Of a stretch of DNA of 64,000 nt, positions 11,921-25,315 are shown piece by piece. The DNA comes from Rhizodiscina lignyota (lineage: Eukaryota): the NCBI GenBank assembly GCA_010015805.1, contig ML978139.1:372001-436000 (forward strand), written 5' to 3'. The position numbers and the translations under genes are program-made. Below the pieces are notes generated by a model. That model saw only the letters and a program-made list of their open reading frames with translations. It was not told the DNA's origin and searched no databases. The stretch's first letter is position 1. Every line of letters begins with the position of its first letter.

Positions 11921-13419
11921 GGCAGGCTACTACGTCGTCGTCCCTCGGAGAAACCAGGTCGCCTGATATAGCGGAGTAGTCGTCAAATTCCTGAGTGGTT
12001 AAGCGTTTTCTTTTCGCGCTACTACCGGCCAAAGCACCCAGAGAGCATGTCGATGATACTCCGTCTCGATCAATTGCGCCGAGGCGGTAGAAGACAGGGT
12101 GGATGAAGGGAGACGGCTCTGTGAAGACACGCAATACGTCGGCTCGAACTTTTGGAGCAGCAACGGCTCACGGGCCACATCTGCGAAGGGGACGGGGCTT
12201 GCCAAGCCGAGCCACTTCCTTCCCGGCGGCCTTCCCCGGCTGCTCTTGCACAAGCAAGCAGCCTCCGTCCGTGCCCCTATTTTTAGCGCGTTTCACCCGC
12301 TGATTGCACGCGACTCTCATGAATCTCGAGTTTCTTCAGTGCGAATTCGAGGCAGAAATCATGGCAGACACGAAGGCTGCCGCTAATGTGGCGCAATTAC
12401 ATGTTCCATTTGGGGACGCCGATCAATATTGCGCAGCAGTCAATCTGAAACATCATCTCAACCGTTTCTGTGGGGTAGCGCAGATTGCGACTCTGTGTGA
12501 ACGTCTCCTATCTATCCAAGCCATAAGCATAGATATATTAACATGCAATCAATCTCGACTCCTTCATTCTTCCATTCTTGACGCTATTGTCTGTCATTTA
12601 TGAGGAGAGCGCATCTAGCTCCAAGGGCCGTGGGGCGCAGCAATCCCTCAACTTTGAGGTACTGCGATCCGCAGGAATAAGGCTTTTGCTCAAGCTATTA
12701 AGTCGAAATCAGAAGCGACCTTGAAGATAGAGGCCACTAAAAGGAGTTTATCTCCAAACGTGTCGAGTGGCAGTCGTCTCTCGCGCTCAATTCTCTGTTA
12801 ACGCTACGGAGCACATCTGATTCGTCTACCACATACGCACTTCACCTGTTAATTATGCATCGAAATCCGGCAAACCCATCTAGCACACGAACCGGCCGGC
12901 TTAGAGAGTCTATGCGAATATCATTGTTCAGAGATGTCGTGCCTTGACTTCCACCTAGTCGCATTAAGTATTACCTTTTTGAGCAATTGTTAAGAGACTT
13001 AGAGAGTCACGGACTAAAATCCAGTTCGGGTGCATCACGGGACGCACCAAGCAATGATAAAGAAAATGACAGAAAGAACTTGTATGGGAAGTACAAGACG
13101 ATGGATGAGCGAGAGCTTTGTATTGTAGCGACAGTGCACATCTCTTGAATCTTAATACCATCCGCAAGACGACCGTGAACAGCTCCACTACTCCGCATTG
13201 CCGACGGCAGAAGAAATTGCAAAGGAGTATGCATCGCATATAAAAGGAAAGACGGGTTAGTTAGCATTGCGCTAGTATCTCCAAATACCCACTCACGCTC
13301 GCAGTTCTCATAACTGGCGTATCGCCAAACAATCTCGGCCTTGCTTTTCTCGAGGCCATTGCACCCCATAAACCGGGACTCCTCATTCTAGTATCTCGCA
13401 CACTATTTAATCTTCATTC

Positions 13420-14363
13420 AAGTCAAGAAGCGCTCATTGGAAAGGTGCCGGCTGTGAAGACTCGCTTGCTCAGCTTGGATTCAGCGAGCTCCAGCAAGTC
13501 CGGAATGCCGCTGCGGAGGTCAACGGTTGGCATGGTGTGCCCTAAATCGACACTCTCGTCAACAATGCCGGGATCACTGCTAGTGGGGAGAGACGAGAGA
13601 TCAATGGGATGGAGTCGCAGCTAGTGACGAACCATTGGGCCATTTCTTATTCACGAAGCTGATCCTCGGAAAGCTGTTGAATGCGGCACGGAATAGTCCG
13701 CTTAGAGAGACACGGGCCATGAATGTGACTTCCAATGGCCATCGGATTAGCGATATCCACTGGAATGATATCAACTTGGAGATGAGGCTCCTTCTCGAAG
13801 TCGCCGGAGAGCACTAAATGAAGTCCAGGAAACGCCATGGAGTTCTTGGACCAGATACGGACAATCGAAAACGGCAAACGTCTTGTTTAGTATATCATTA
13901 ACGGAGAAACTTGGAGCAAAAGGAATTGCGTCCTTTTCTCTGCACCCAGGATGTATATTCACCGGAATGGTAAGGGACCTGTCAACCGAGGAACTCGTCG
14001 AGAAAGGTGAGGCAGCAGGACAATGGCTTCCACCGGCTGTGATCGCGAGCTAAATTGAATCAAGGTTTTACTGATAAATATTGAACCCCGATAAACAGTG
14101 AGAAGGTACGGTATAAGACGGTATCGCAAGGTGCAGCAACGCACGTTACTGTGTGCTTTGACCCAGATATTGCAGGTATTACAATGCTGGACCGCGACAT
14201 AGTGTTGAAGGACAAGCTGACATCTTTAGATCAAAATGGATCTTATTTAAAAGACTACAAGATTGAGACGACGGACATTGCGCCGTACGCGCTCAACAAG
14301 CATAGCGTAGAACTACTTTGAAAACTCAGTGAGGAGGTTGTTGGCGACAAGTTCGATGTTTGA
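13420..14363 (+). pseudogene. Degraded retinol-dehydrogenase-type short-chain dehydrogenase/reductase
   Basis: Recognisable segments VRNAAAEV..P*IDTLVNNAGI, NH/LGHFLFT, NVTSNGHRIS, YGQSKTANVLF, SLHPG and L*KLSEEVVG. Stops at 13543 and 14319, frameshifts, and no N-terminal TGxxxGxG found. Confidence 0.85.
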
Positions 14364-14625
14364 TACTTTAAGAACCACGACATGCCATCAGTCATAGAGG
14401 GTAGAGATTACAATGGATCTTTATACAATTCTGCTACAATACTCGCAAGTGAAAAACAAAAGAGGAGAGCGTTGCGAGATGATCACCGTAAACCCCCTGG
14501 AGCCGAAATCGGCAGTGGTCGGCCCCTCTCCTCAACACCAGCTGCCCAGACCGCAACTTTAACCCGATGGAGTCATATGCGGTCACTCAACGCAAAAATG
14601 TAACAATTCACCCGCAAAATCCATC

Positions 14626-15502
14626 ATGGGCGTCTTCTACGAGAAAATTCCATCCAGCCTCATCGACTGGATACTCCAACAGCATGTCTTCTGGGTGGCG
14701 ACCGCTCCACTCTCATCCAATGGGCACGTGAACGTCTCGCCGAAAGGCGGAAAGTGCTTCGGCATCCCAGATGACAGGACTTTTTGGTATATGGACATGA
14801 GCGGCAGTGGTAATGAGACTATTGCTCATCTCCATGAGCCGCGAAATGGCCGGATGACCATCTCGTTCTGCGCTTTTGATGGAGCACCAAAGATTGTTCG
14901 ACTGTGGGGAAAGGGTATGCGTCATAGGTCATATTATCCCGCAATGCGACCAAAATGCTGAGAATATCGCAGGCAGAGTCCTGGAGAGGGGAACAGCAGA
15001 ATACGACAACTTCGTCGCTGCGCATTCCGTTAATACACATGCCGGAACCCGCAGCATCATCGTCGAAGATATCCATCAAGTTGGCTCATCATGTGGGTTC
15101 AGCGTGCCGTACTTCGACTTCAAGGACTACCGACCAATCTTAAACAACCACTTCGAGAAGAAGGAGAGGAGTTATAAGGACGGCAACGAGAAGGAGAGTT
15201 TGGACCGATATTGGGCGTTCAAGAATGCTTGGAGCATGGATGGATTGCCCGGCATGCAAAGAGGCCTGGTCGTGGCCAAGCAGGACACGATTGCACCGAT
15301 TAAGAAAATGGTCGGACCTTTCGCGCCAAAGCGCTATCAAAATCCTTATGGTGGATTCACGTTGGAGCAGGTTTTGCTTCTGATGCTGGTGAGTTTCCTC
15401 TGCGGCGTGTTAGCCTTGTCGCTGGCACCACATGCAGTTGACCGGATCCACAATGCTGTTCCGGATCTGTCCAAGTTTACGATTCAGATGTCTTCGGCAT
15501 GA
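14626..15502 (+). CDS. Pyridoxamine 5'-phosphate oxidase-family FMN-binding split-barrel protein with a C-terminal hydrophobic segment, 2 exons
   Basis: Motifs FWVATAPLSSNGHVNVSPKG, GSGNETIAH, RMTISFCAFDGAPKIVRLWG and SSCGFSVPYF; intron 14915-14972. Confidence 0.9.
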
Positions 15503-15673
15503 TATGTCGTCTGTATCTAACTTGGTTGTCTGTTTCCTCATACGAGCGGCTGTGTCATAAAATATATGGCGACAAGGGCATGAGGAGTGCTCTTTAGACC
15601 ACATTCCGAAATAGTTCAGATAGTAAAGTCTGTCTCTTCATTGTGTACCCGGTAGTATTTGAATATATAAGCA

Positions 15674-16789
15674 TTAGCAGTCATTGATCTTGTTTCCTGC
15701 AAAGATCTGGGCCAGCTCTCCACATGCAATGCTGTAGTATTTCGCCACTACTGGTGAAAGTCGCAATGGATTTGGAGCTTTGTCGAAGGCATGCTGCACG
15801 TCCGGAATGCAATGGTATACGACCTCCTTGCCTTGCTCACTGACCAGTCGATCTCGGAACGTTTCAACTTCGGGACGAAGCATGTCGATTTCGCAACAGA
15901 GAATAACCATCTTCTTCGGCAGCGTCGCTAAAAAACAGCTAGGCGCTCTTCCTGGACTCACAAAAGGGTTCATGAGATCAACTGGTGGCTGGAGGTACGA
16001 CTCGTTGAACATTGTAGACATAAACTCCGGGACTGGATCCGTCGGCACAGCTTGTCGCTTCTGTTCTCGAGTAATCGAATAGTCGACGGTTGGATACCAC
16101 AGTATCATTCCGATGAAGTTGATTTGCTTCGATCGATCATCAGCTGGAAATCGCTGTCGGGCATCGTCTCGTTCTATAGCCTTGCCTCCTTTTAGCGGTG
16201 ATCCTGTCCCGGCCAACTCTTCTTGGAGACGCAGAGGGACAGTCACGGCAAGATTCCCACCGGATGAGAACCCGCCAGTCGCAACGCGGGCCAAGTCTAG
16301 ATTCAGTTCATCGGCGTGCGCAATGATCCAGAGAACGGCATCGCAACCATCTTCCATGGGGATCGGACAAGCTAGACAAAACTCAATTCAGAGGACACGA
16401 AAGCGCGTAGCTAAACTTACGATACTGAGGTGCTCTTCGGTAATCCACGTTAACCACTACAGCACCAGTCTTCTCGACGACGGCTTGGCACCATCGTGCA
16501 TCATCTCTCGCGCGTCCAAGGGTGAAGCCCCCGCCATGGAAGTGGACTAGCACAGAATACTTGTCCTGTTCAAGGCGCCCCTCTTCATACCCCACAGGCA
16601 CATAGAAGTAGAGGTCAATGTAGCCTTTGCGGGAAGACAGTGTGGTTCGGATCCTACGCGAAAACGAAGGTCCCGGTGGTCGAGGGGGGCAAGCCGACCT
16701 ATAAATAACAGGGCTGTTACTATAACCCTCCAGAAGTGCACCTGTAAGTAAACCCTAAGCAGCCATATTGGTTTTCGATTTTGAGCCAT
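15674..16789 (-). CDS. Alpha/beta hydrolase (HSL-like esterase, Abhydrolase_3) with an apparent 1-nt frameshift near 16684-16689
   Basis: HFHGGGF oxyanion motif, VDYRRAP, GFSSGG nucleophile elbow, D (EIDML) and H (HAFD). Intron 16420-16372. The N-terminal frame joins only if one base is added to the G6 run. Confidence 0.8.
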
Positions 16790-17772
16790 GACGATGAAAA
16801 AAGATCCAATATGCACGGACAGGGCAGCTGCACGAGGAGATAGAGAACTCGGATCGATAGAGAAATTGGCAAAGACAGACAAATAGAAACGGACCTCCCG
16901 TTAGTGGCTTTATACTCACGAAGTCAACATAGCGCCTGAGAAGGTATTGTGCTCGACCACGGACCCGTACCGATGCCCCGATCAAAGGATTCTGGTGATG
17001 CTTCAGACGCTCGCATTTCTCGGACAAAACGCGATGGCCTGGCGCTTGGTCCGTAGTGGACTGCTTGGCAATCGCCAGTGGTGCATCTCCGACGGATATG
17101 TGCGCATGTTATCTCCTTTGTCCTGCGTGAAGAGAGAAAGATTTAACGGTTACCGAAGTGAGGTTGGTCTCCTGAGAGAAATGGGATAAATATCCAAGTT
17201 GGGTATCTAACCTAATCTGGTCTAGTCATTTTCCAGAGGAGCCACAAAATTATCCTCTCCACCAACCCCCCCTAACTTTTGTATCATCTATACTCCGTAA
17301 ACAAGAAGTGAAATAAGTTCACAGCTTTCACATTAAATCTCCCTTTACGTAGTCAACGATACACCGGACCGCGTTCCCGAATGTCTGAAAACGCTTCTCT
17401 GCAGTCCGTTGCAAAAAAATTGGCGGATTTCGACGCTCCACTTTTCGACTCAATTGAGATGGCCAACGTCGCCATGTCCTGCGTGATGGAGGCTATCTCG
17501 GACATTCCAGAGGATGAATCACCATTTGAAGCCAGCGATGCGGTGGAAGCCTAACCGCCAAGCTTCTGACGATCTGACCGATGATGTCTTGTTCGGGCTC
17601 GATAATGACCCGATGAAATGAGACCGTCTTTTAGGCCCCTCTATTGCTTCAGTGGAAGTTCGAAATCTGAGCGATTGACGCTGATATCAACTCGTACTTC
17701 AATGCTCGTGAATCCCGACATCTCACATATCTCTTCTCGGCTTGTCTGTACGTCCAAGTGGAACCTTTCGAT

Positions 17773-19547
17773 ATGGCCTTTTCGACCAAGCTGTTTCTTA
17801 CACTACTAGCTCTTCCAGTTCTGTTGGTATTCACGCGTCTCTACAACCTTTTCCGCAATTACCTAGCCGCCCGAAAGATTGGTCTTCCAATCGTTATATC
17901 TCTGGAGTCATGGCAGGACCCTCTATGGATTTTCTTTGGATCATACGTTCGCAAATCACTGAGTGCCCTGGGGCTCTGGGACCGCTCTGAACCAGATTAC
18001 ACCACCATTGGGTGGCCGATTTACGATCGCTATGACTCCCACGCCAAATATGGCCCCGCATTTTCCATTGTTACGCCATTCAAGACAAATGTAATCGTCG
18101 CGGAAAACGAGGCGGCAAGGGAACTATTCAAGGAGTGGAGAGTATGGATAAAGAATAGAGAACTATACGCGATGATGGAAAGTTTCGGTAAGAACGTCAA
18201 CTCCGTCAATGGTGATGACTGGCGGAGGCATCGAAAAGTCACAGCGCCAGCATTCAAAGAGGCGAATTCGAAGCTTGTGTGGAATTCTGCGATGGAGCAG
18301 GCAAACGGCTTGTCGAAACGATGGAATGAGAATTCAAAGAAGAGTGGCGGCATCACACTGCGAGAGCTCAGGGGTGACGCGAACATTGTCGCAATGCACG
18401 TCCTTGCCGCCGCAACATTCAACATCAAGTACGATTTCGAAGGCGGCGTAGAGGTCAGTGAACCGGGCCACGAGATGAGCTACGGCGAAGCCATGAAGAC
18501 CATTGTTCACAACCTCTCGATGATGCTGGTTCCAATTATCTTCGGTCTAGCCAGGCTCGGAATTCCGAGTTGGATGATGCCCGCAGGGTTGAAGCGGCTC
18601 AAAGTCGCAGTTTTCGAAATACAAAATTATCTGGAAAGCTACGTTGCACAAGAACGGAAGCAATACCGAGAAGGTGGGGAGAGCAGGGATGATCTCATGA
18701 GCTCACTCGTTCGGGCCAACGAAGCAGAGAAGGAAAAGCTTGGAACGGAAAAGATGAAATGGGCGCTCAGTGACGAAGAACTCTATGGCAACCTCTTCAT
18801 GTTCAACCAAGCAGGCCATGAGACGACATCAAGCGCTCTGTCATATGCTATTCCATTTCTAGCCGCATATCCTGGGGTGCAGGAATGGATACGAGAGGAG
18901 GTTGATGCGATTTTCAGGAACGGCGATGTCCCCTACGCGGCCGCAATGCCACGCCTTGTCAGATGTGACGCACTTATGGTAAGTTTGATTCCTTCTTTGC
19001 CGTTAACAAGCCTCTCGACGCTGACTTTACAAAGTATGAAACTATCCGCTTCTTCTCCGCCGTTCCGATGCATCCAAAGTACACCGGCAATATCTCACAG
19101 GTTCTAAGTATTGCCGGCCACGATCACGTCATACCTGCGCACACGTTCGTCTCGATCAACTACTACGCCATCCATTTCAACCCTTCGACATGGGGCTCTG
19201 ATGTCAATGAGTTCCGGCCTTCTCGCTTCATCAAATCATCTTTGACTCCAGGCACTGAGACTTTTGCCATTCCGGAGAAAGCAGATTTTATTGGGTGGTC
19301 CTCTGGCCCAAGAGTTTGCCCGGGCAAGAAGTTCAGTCAGGTCGAGTTTGTTGCGACTATTGTGCGGCTGCTGAGGGAATTCGTGCTCAAGCCGGCCCAA
19401 CGAGCCGGAGAGAGTGAAGAAACTGCGGGGAAGAGGCTGGTAGAGGTCATGAGCGATGTTGAGCACTTCATCAGTGCCATGCCGAGGCATCCTGACGATG
19501 CAGGATTTGTTTGTATTAAGCGTGCACGTTGGACGGCCACCGAATGA
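17773..19547 (+). CDS. Cytochrome P450 monooxygenase, 2 exons
   Basis: N-terminal membrane anchor, WRRHRK, I-helix AGHETT, ETIR formed after intron 18979-19034, FRPSRF, and heme motif WSSGPRVCPG. Confidence 0.95.
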
Positions 19548-20297
19548 TCCTGATCTATCATTCGGCAGCAAATAGAGGACTGTTTCATAGACCCATCCAG
19601 TCCACCAAAATTGGTTCTAACATAGTACTGCGTGCCTAAAGACACTAAATAGAGACCTGTTACAAGGCACCACAAGTTAGACGGCATTTTCACTCATTGG
19701 CATCTCGGCCCGGCCCCAAGTCCAGGTGTAGGAACGGAAGGCATTTTCAATAAGGTACAAAATTAATTATACTAGATACAGGAAGTTGAGCAAATTCACC
19801 CAACAATTGCAACCACTAAAAGACTTGCTGATCATTCGCGCTGGGAAGCTCGCGATTGCACCCATCGCAGTGGTCATGCTCGACGTACGAAGAATGGAAC
19901 TCAATTCAACGCAACCTACACATGGATATCCGAGACACAATGCCAGAACTAACTGCTCCATTGTGTGATGACAAGACACAAGTTCAAACACTGGTTTGCA
20001 GCGCTCGGACTTAAGTGGCCCAATTTGCATGCCAAGGAGTGCTTCTTCGGAACGCTTCCGAAAAGCTTCATTTCACGAACGGACTTAAGAAGACATCCTC
20101 CATTATCAGTTCGAAAGCACTGAAATCATTTTTAACTATGAGTCAAATTACAGTAACTGCATTTCCTGCACCCGAACCTCAGACGTGGTATAAAGGCAGC
20201 GCTCTCCGATGGATTCTAATTGAAGCAAGAGGCATTGGTCATTTCTCTCAGCATCTTACGAAGTGTCAATTCAAGACTTACATAATAATTCTATATA

Positions 20298-21273
20298 ATG
20301 TCGTCTCTCGTCTGGCTCATTACAGGGTGCTCTTCTGGCTTTGGAGAGCAATTCGTCCGCAGCATACTCGCACGCGGAGACAAGATCATCGCAACTAGTC
20401 GGAAGCTTGAGAAGCTGAAGCACCTGGAGCAGGCCGGCGCTGCTGTTCTCCAACTTGATGTCACGGATAGTCAGGAGAACCTCCGCAACACGATTGCAAA
20501 AGCCATTTCCATCTATGGGAGGGTTGACGTGTTGGTCAACAATGCTGCATACATTGCGATCGGTACTTGGGAAGACCTTGAGTAAGAATTCCGCCGAGCT
20601 CTTGTGTTCCAGTTTTACTCACATCACGGTAGATACGAAGATTTTCTCGCTCAGTTCGAGACTAATGTTTTCGGAACGATCAAAGTGACTCGAGCACTCT
20701 TGCCGCATCTTCGGGACCGACGGACAGGGACAATCGTCTGCATTGGATCTCGTTCAGGCTGGAGCGGTGACCCTGGTGTCGGCGCATATTCTGGTACTAA
20801 GTTTGCACTTGAAGGTAAGCAACATTCAATATTTTGCCATGCTGGAGTGCGTCCGCTGATGCCATTTGTATGAAACAGGAATTGTCGAAAGCCTTTGGAG
20901 AGAAACCACTCCTCTGGGAATCAAGACTCTTCTAATTGAGCCCGGAAGATTCCGTACAAAGCTTCTCTCTGCCGAAAACCTGAAGGCAACTGTGTCCGCT
21001 ATTCCGGATTACGCGGATATGTCCAGAACTCTCATGGGGCACCTCGCTAGTGAGGATCAGGCCCAGCAAGGAGATCCGGTGAAGCACGTCGAGATTGTTT
21101 TGGATCTCGTACGACAAGAAGGAGTTGCATGTGATAAAGCGATTCCATTCCGACTTCCACTTGGTGTTGACAGCTTTGACGATATCAAGGCAAAATGTGA
21201 GGAGACACTGGAGCTGTTGAAGGAATGGGAGGCTGTGATCAGGAGTACAAATTATGAAGACAAAAATCAGTAA
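20298..21273 (+). CDS. Classical short-chain dehydrogenase/reductase, 3 exons
   Basis: Motifs TGCSSGFG, DVLVNNAA, catalytic YSGTK and IEPGRFRT; two short introns at ~20582-20632 and ~20815-20878. Confidence 0.92.
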
Positions 21274-21512
21274 ATGGACATACTCCAAATTCAATGATCA
21301 AATTTCCAAATCTCAGCCATCTCTCAGGTTCGTTACAGAAGTTAGAGGCAGATACATTAACAGTCTACATGCAAGTGCGTGATTGCAAGGCACGTTTAAG
21401 AGCTCCCTGTAAGAGAAATAGCGCGAAAAGATCACACAGCAAGAAAAAGTCATCCAATCTTCAGGCTCTCGGGTCACCTTTTTTCCCCAAATTGAACCGT
21501 CACGTCCTCTAC

Positions 21513-22103
21513 CTAGCTCGTCCTATTGAAAACGGCAGCCTCATCTACAACCCCACGAAACGCTTCCCTGTTCTCTACTTCTTTCATGAGACTCTGAAAC
21601 TCTTTATCACCTTCATCAGCCCTTTGCTTGAATGCCGCATAGTTCTTCTTGAGATATCCAACATCAGCCCCAGCCTTGGGACTGAGAAAGCCCTTCTCCG
21701 CAGACGCGACGATGCTGCCATGAATGAAAACGGCGCGAAGTCCTTGATCGCCTTTCGTGCCGACTATGGATGCCCATGCGGCGTGGATCTCCTCGATGAT
21801 CTCATAGAGCATTTCGTCTGTCCGACTGGGACCCCAACGGATTTGGCCAGAGATGCGGTTGGCCTTATTCTATGAATGAGGTTAGAATTCTCGAATTGAG
21901 CTGAGTGTTGGCATTGTTTCTATGAAACTTACGCGCATTCCAGCGCCATATGTCCATTCTGAAGAAATGTCCTTGATATTGATGTTCACAAAGAATCGTG
22001 GCACCGTAAACTTCTCGGTGTGGATCTTCGTGAGCGCTTCTGCGAGCTGGTTCTTCTGCTCAGCTGTTAGAGGGTAGCTGTGTTCGACAGTGTACATAGG
22101 CAT
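21513..22103 (-). CDS. Tautomerase-superfamily protein (cis-CaaD-like / putative oxalocrotonate tautomerase), 2 exons
   Basis: Met-Pro start MPMYTVEHSYPLTAEQKNQLAEALTKIHTEKFTVPRFFVNI. Intron 21932-21870 joins in frame to NKANRISGQIRW...EKGFLSPKAG. Confidence 0.85.
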
Positions 22104-22398
22104 TTTGATTGTCTTCAGAAATGAAATATGTTTAGAAATCCTGATGATGTCTGGATTACTGCAGCAAGATGCAATTCAAAACTGGTTAACTCTTCTTATG
22201 TCACACTTGGGAGTCCATCTACAAGTACAAGAGGGCGTGTTCACTAATCAGAATCAAGGTATTTAGTTATTGATCCTGCATAGGAAAGCAATTTGTGACA
22301 TTATTGATAAGCTCCGATGCTCAACTGCAAAAGTACTCCAAGGTTCAGTAACCTCGGGATTCAGTCGGGGTCAAAGTTACCGGCCAAATTTGGGCGAT

Positions 22399-23156
22399 TT
22401 AACGTAACTGGAACTCTTTTACATCAATTCTCCCTGCATTTCTCACAAAGTCTCCGCCCTTTATCCCGTGAAGTTATGCATCGCCCACGAACCAATGGTA
22501 CCATCCCTCTTGGTGTCGAAGAATAAATGGTACGTTTCCACCTTTCAATGCATACACTGTATACCAACCTGGGTCTTCTACGGTCCGAGCCCAAAAGCAG
22601 TCCGCCTCGCGTGTGAGAGATGTAAGTTGGAAGAGTGAGATGCCTCCCTGAGCCACTTGCTACTTTAATCGTTCCCACGACACAAGAATGTGCATAAATG
22701 GCGAGGACAACGCGGACCGCATTGGCCGTAAACGCACGATGAGTGTCCAATGATATCTTTTGGCAATTTCGTCCAATCGGATAAAGCGCTCTGTGCTAGC
22801 CGCTTTCTTGCCACAGTTCACAAGAACGATTCGAGCAAGGAGGGCCTCTTGAATAACCTATAGTCGTCCACACCAGGTCCAATTCATTAATTGTCGTATC
22901 ACGGACCATAAACCACATTCCAGATGGAGGTGTCCTTCTTCAAAGTTGATTGCATCGATCGAATTGATGAAACCCATGGCCATGCCGCTGTTATCAGCAC
23001 CTTCTCCTAGCCATATCCGTACAATTGCCGCTATCTGAGAGTTAGGAAGGATTGTGGAATGACTCGACTTGGAGACTGACCTCCAGCGTATATTCTTCCC
23101 ATCAATGGAACTTGGACTGATTTCTCAAAGTTGTCATGCTGATGGATGCAAACCAG
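22399..23156 (-). pseudogene. HET-domain (HET-6-like) pseudogene, 3' half
   Basis: Minus-strand translation: LVCIHQHDNFEKSVQVPLMGRIYA, intron, IVRIWLGE, WTWCGRL*VIQEALLAR..VNCG, then GGNVPFILR..FVGDA*LHGI..DVKEFQLR*. At least three internal stops and an apparent large internal deletion. Confidence 0.88.
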
Positions 23157-23519
23157 CGCTGTCCTACGGAAGCTTCTCTCAAATCATTAGACCCCTTAGC
23201 CCAATCTCCTATCCCTCAAATATCTTACTTTTTATAGGTCTAAGGTTTCATCACGTGTAGAGGCAGCCTTTGAATTCTAAGGCTTTCATTTAGCGCTAAG
23301 CCTAAGTTACACAACTTTATTAAACTAGTCATGCAGAGAAGAGATCTTAGACTAGGTGTCTATCAAGACTGTTACTTCAAACATTTCCAGTCTTTGCCAC
23401 CGCTGATGATCGCTCGCTTGGGTCAGCAGATTATCTATTTTGTCTCAGAAGAGCATCGCCCAAGAAGGTATCATGTTCGGTATGATCTTATTTTCAAGAG
23501 CTGTAGTCGCGGGTCGCCC

Positions 23520-25164
23520 TCAAAGCAACCACTCTCTGGGCTGTCCTAACGAATCCGGGACCTTCATCCTGTTCATTCGACCGTAGTGTAGTCGCAACCC
23601 AATTGCCCCTATGACAACACCAAAGCTGCAGGCTGCACAGGTGAAATTACCAGTAGGATATCCGGTCTTTGCCTCACTACTCTTCCATAACCAGACACAG
23701 ATGATATACCCAACACCAGACATAGCATTATTAATCCCAACGACAAGGCCAATCGATCTTACCGTGGGAGCGTTGCAAGTCACCCAGGCGGCCAGCGGAG
23801 AGGCGCTGGGAAAGGCACCACAAGTGGCAAGAATGAGACAGCCATATCGCTTGGCGTAGGCATCAGCGGGCAGAATCCCGGCGGTGAGGAAGCCGATACC
23901 GCCAATAGTGCTTGCTGCAGCGACATGCCAGCCGCGCGCATTGAAATGATCGGATGACCAGGCAATAAATAGTGAGAACACCCAGCCAATTACCCAAGGC
24001 GGAACGGTCATGAGTTGAGCTTTGATCGAAGTGTAGCCAAGACCATTGACGATAGTGGGAGCGAAGTATGCTAGCGAGCCCAGAGGGATGATGTCGAGAA
24101 GCTGTTGACAAGAGTCAGCTGCTTAGAAAGGGTGAAGTTCCTTCTCCTTAGACTTACAAAGGTAATGTAGTGGAATGGCATGCGCGAGAGAATCGTTTCG
24201 AGCCGTTCTTGCCTGGTGGTGTGCTCTTGAGTGTAACCGCCTCCATACTCTTGCAGCCGCTCTTCCGCAAAGCGTTTCTCATCTTCATTTAGCCACTTTG
24301 CTCTCGCCGGCCAATCCGGGACTGTGAAGACAATCAGGCACGCCGCGGCGACCGTGATGCAGCCCTCGATGATAAAGAGCCAGCGAAAGCCTTCCAACCC
24401 ACCGCTCCCATTCAGGTGCCCTACCCCATATGCAATGCAACCGCCAAAGGCTCCGGCTAGGGTGGCGGAGGCATTCACTATGGCGATTCGGAGGGATCGT
24501 TCCTCAGGGCGGTACCAGAATGTGATAAGGAATATAATGCCTAGCGATTCAATCAATTTAGTCCGTGTCACGTGAGGAGAGAAAAGGTACTGTACCAGGA
24601 AAGAAGCCGGCTTCAAACATGCCGATGATGAAACGAAGCCCAGTCACGGTCCCAAAATTATGGACCCATGCGAAGCCTAAAGTCAAGAGTCCCCAGCCGA
24701 AGGCCAAGAACGCCAGCCAGCGCGAGGGCCGAACGTAGCGCTTCATAACTAAATTCGACGGTATATCAAAGAGACCGTACGCGATACCAAAGACCGTCAA
24801 AGCCACAGAATATTGATGAGCAGACATGCGAGTCTTCTGGAGTATATCATCGCCTGTCTCTGAATTGAGAACCTTTGCATTTCCAATGTTTCCTCGATCC
24901 ACTAAAATTTAAGTTCGAAATCAGTAAGTCCCAGACCCGAATGCATGGGATGAGGAGGGAAGCCATACAAAAATTTAGAAGGTAGATAGTAGCACATAAT
25001 GGCAGCAAGCGAATGTCAACCTTTCGAAGGTATCGTTTCGTACGAAGGGTATGCTCTACTCTGCCTTCCTCCGACTCTTGGATATATGCATCCTCCTTCG
25101 GGGAGTCAGAGACCGTCTCGTGGTAGGCAGGTTGCTCGTCAGCAGTGAAGTCGGTCTTCTCCAT
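23520..25164 (-). CDS. MFS transporter, anion:cation symporter family (allantoate/nicotinate permease-like), 4 exons, intact
   Basis: Motifs KVDIRLLP, LDRGNIGNAK, EAGFFPG..TFWY, GLEGFRWLFIIEG and AQLMTVPPW. Introns 24968-24902, 24595-24541 and 24157-24102 all splice in frame. Confidence 0.93.
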
Positions 25165-25315
25165 GATCAGAAATAGATGATGCAAGAAGCAACAATGTAC
25201 GTCTGGAAAGCAGTTGAGCACAGAAGAGCGAGGGATTCAAAGGGATCTTCGACATGAAGACGCAGATATAAGGCGCCTCGGTAGTACCTGACCAAGTGAG
25301 ACTTCGCCGCTAGAC

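Noticed and set aside
12960..13370. Minus-strand GTGAGT donor plus GCTAAC branch site and a hydrophobic fragment (VLPIQVLSVIFFIIAWCVP), possibly a permease relic
   Set aside because: No acceptor or continuous frame; too degraded to assign.
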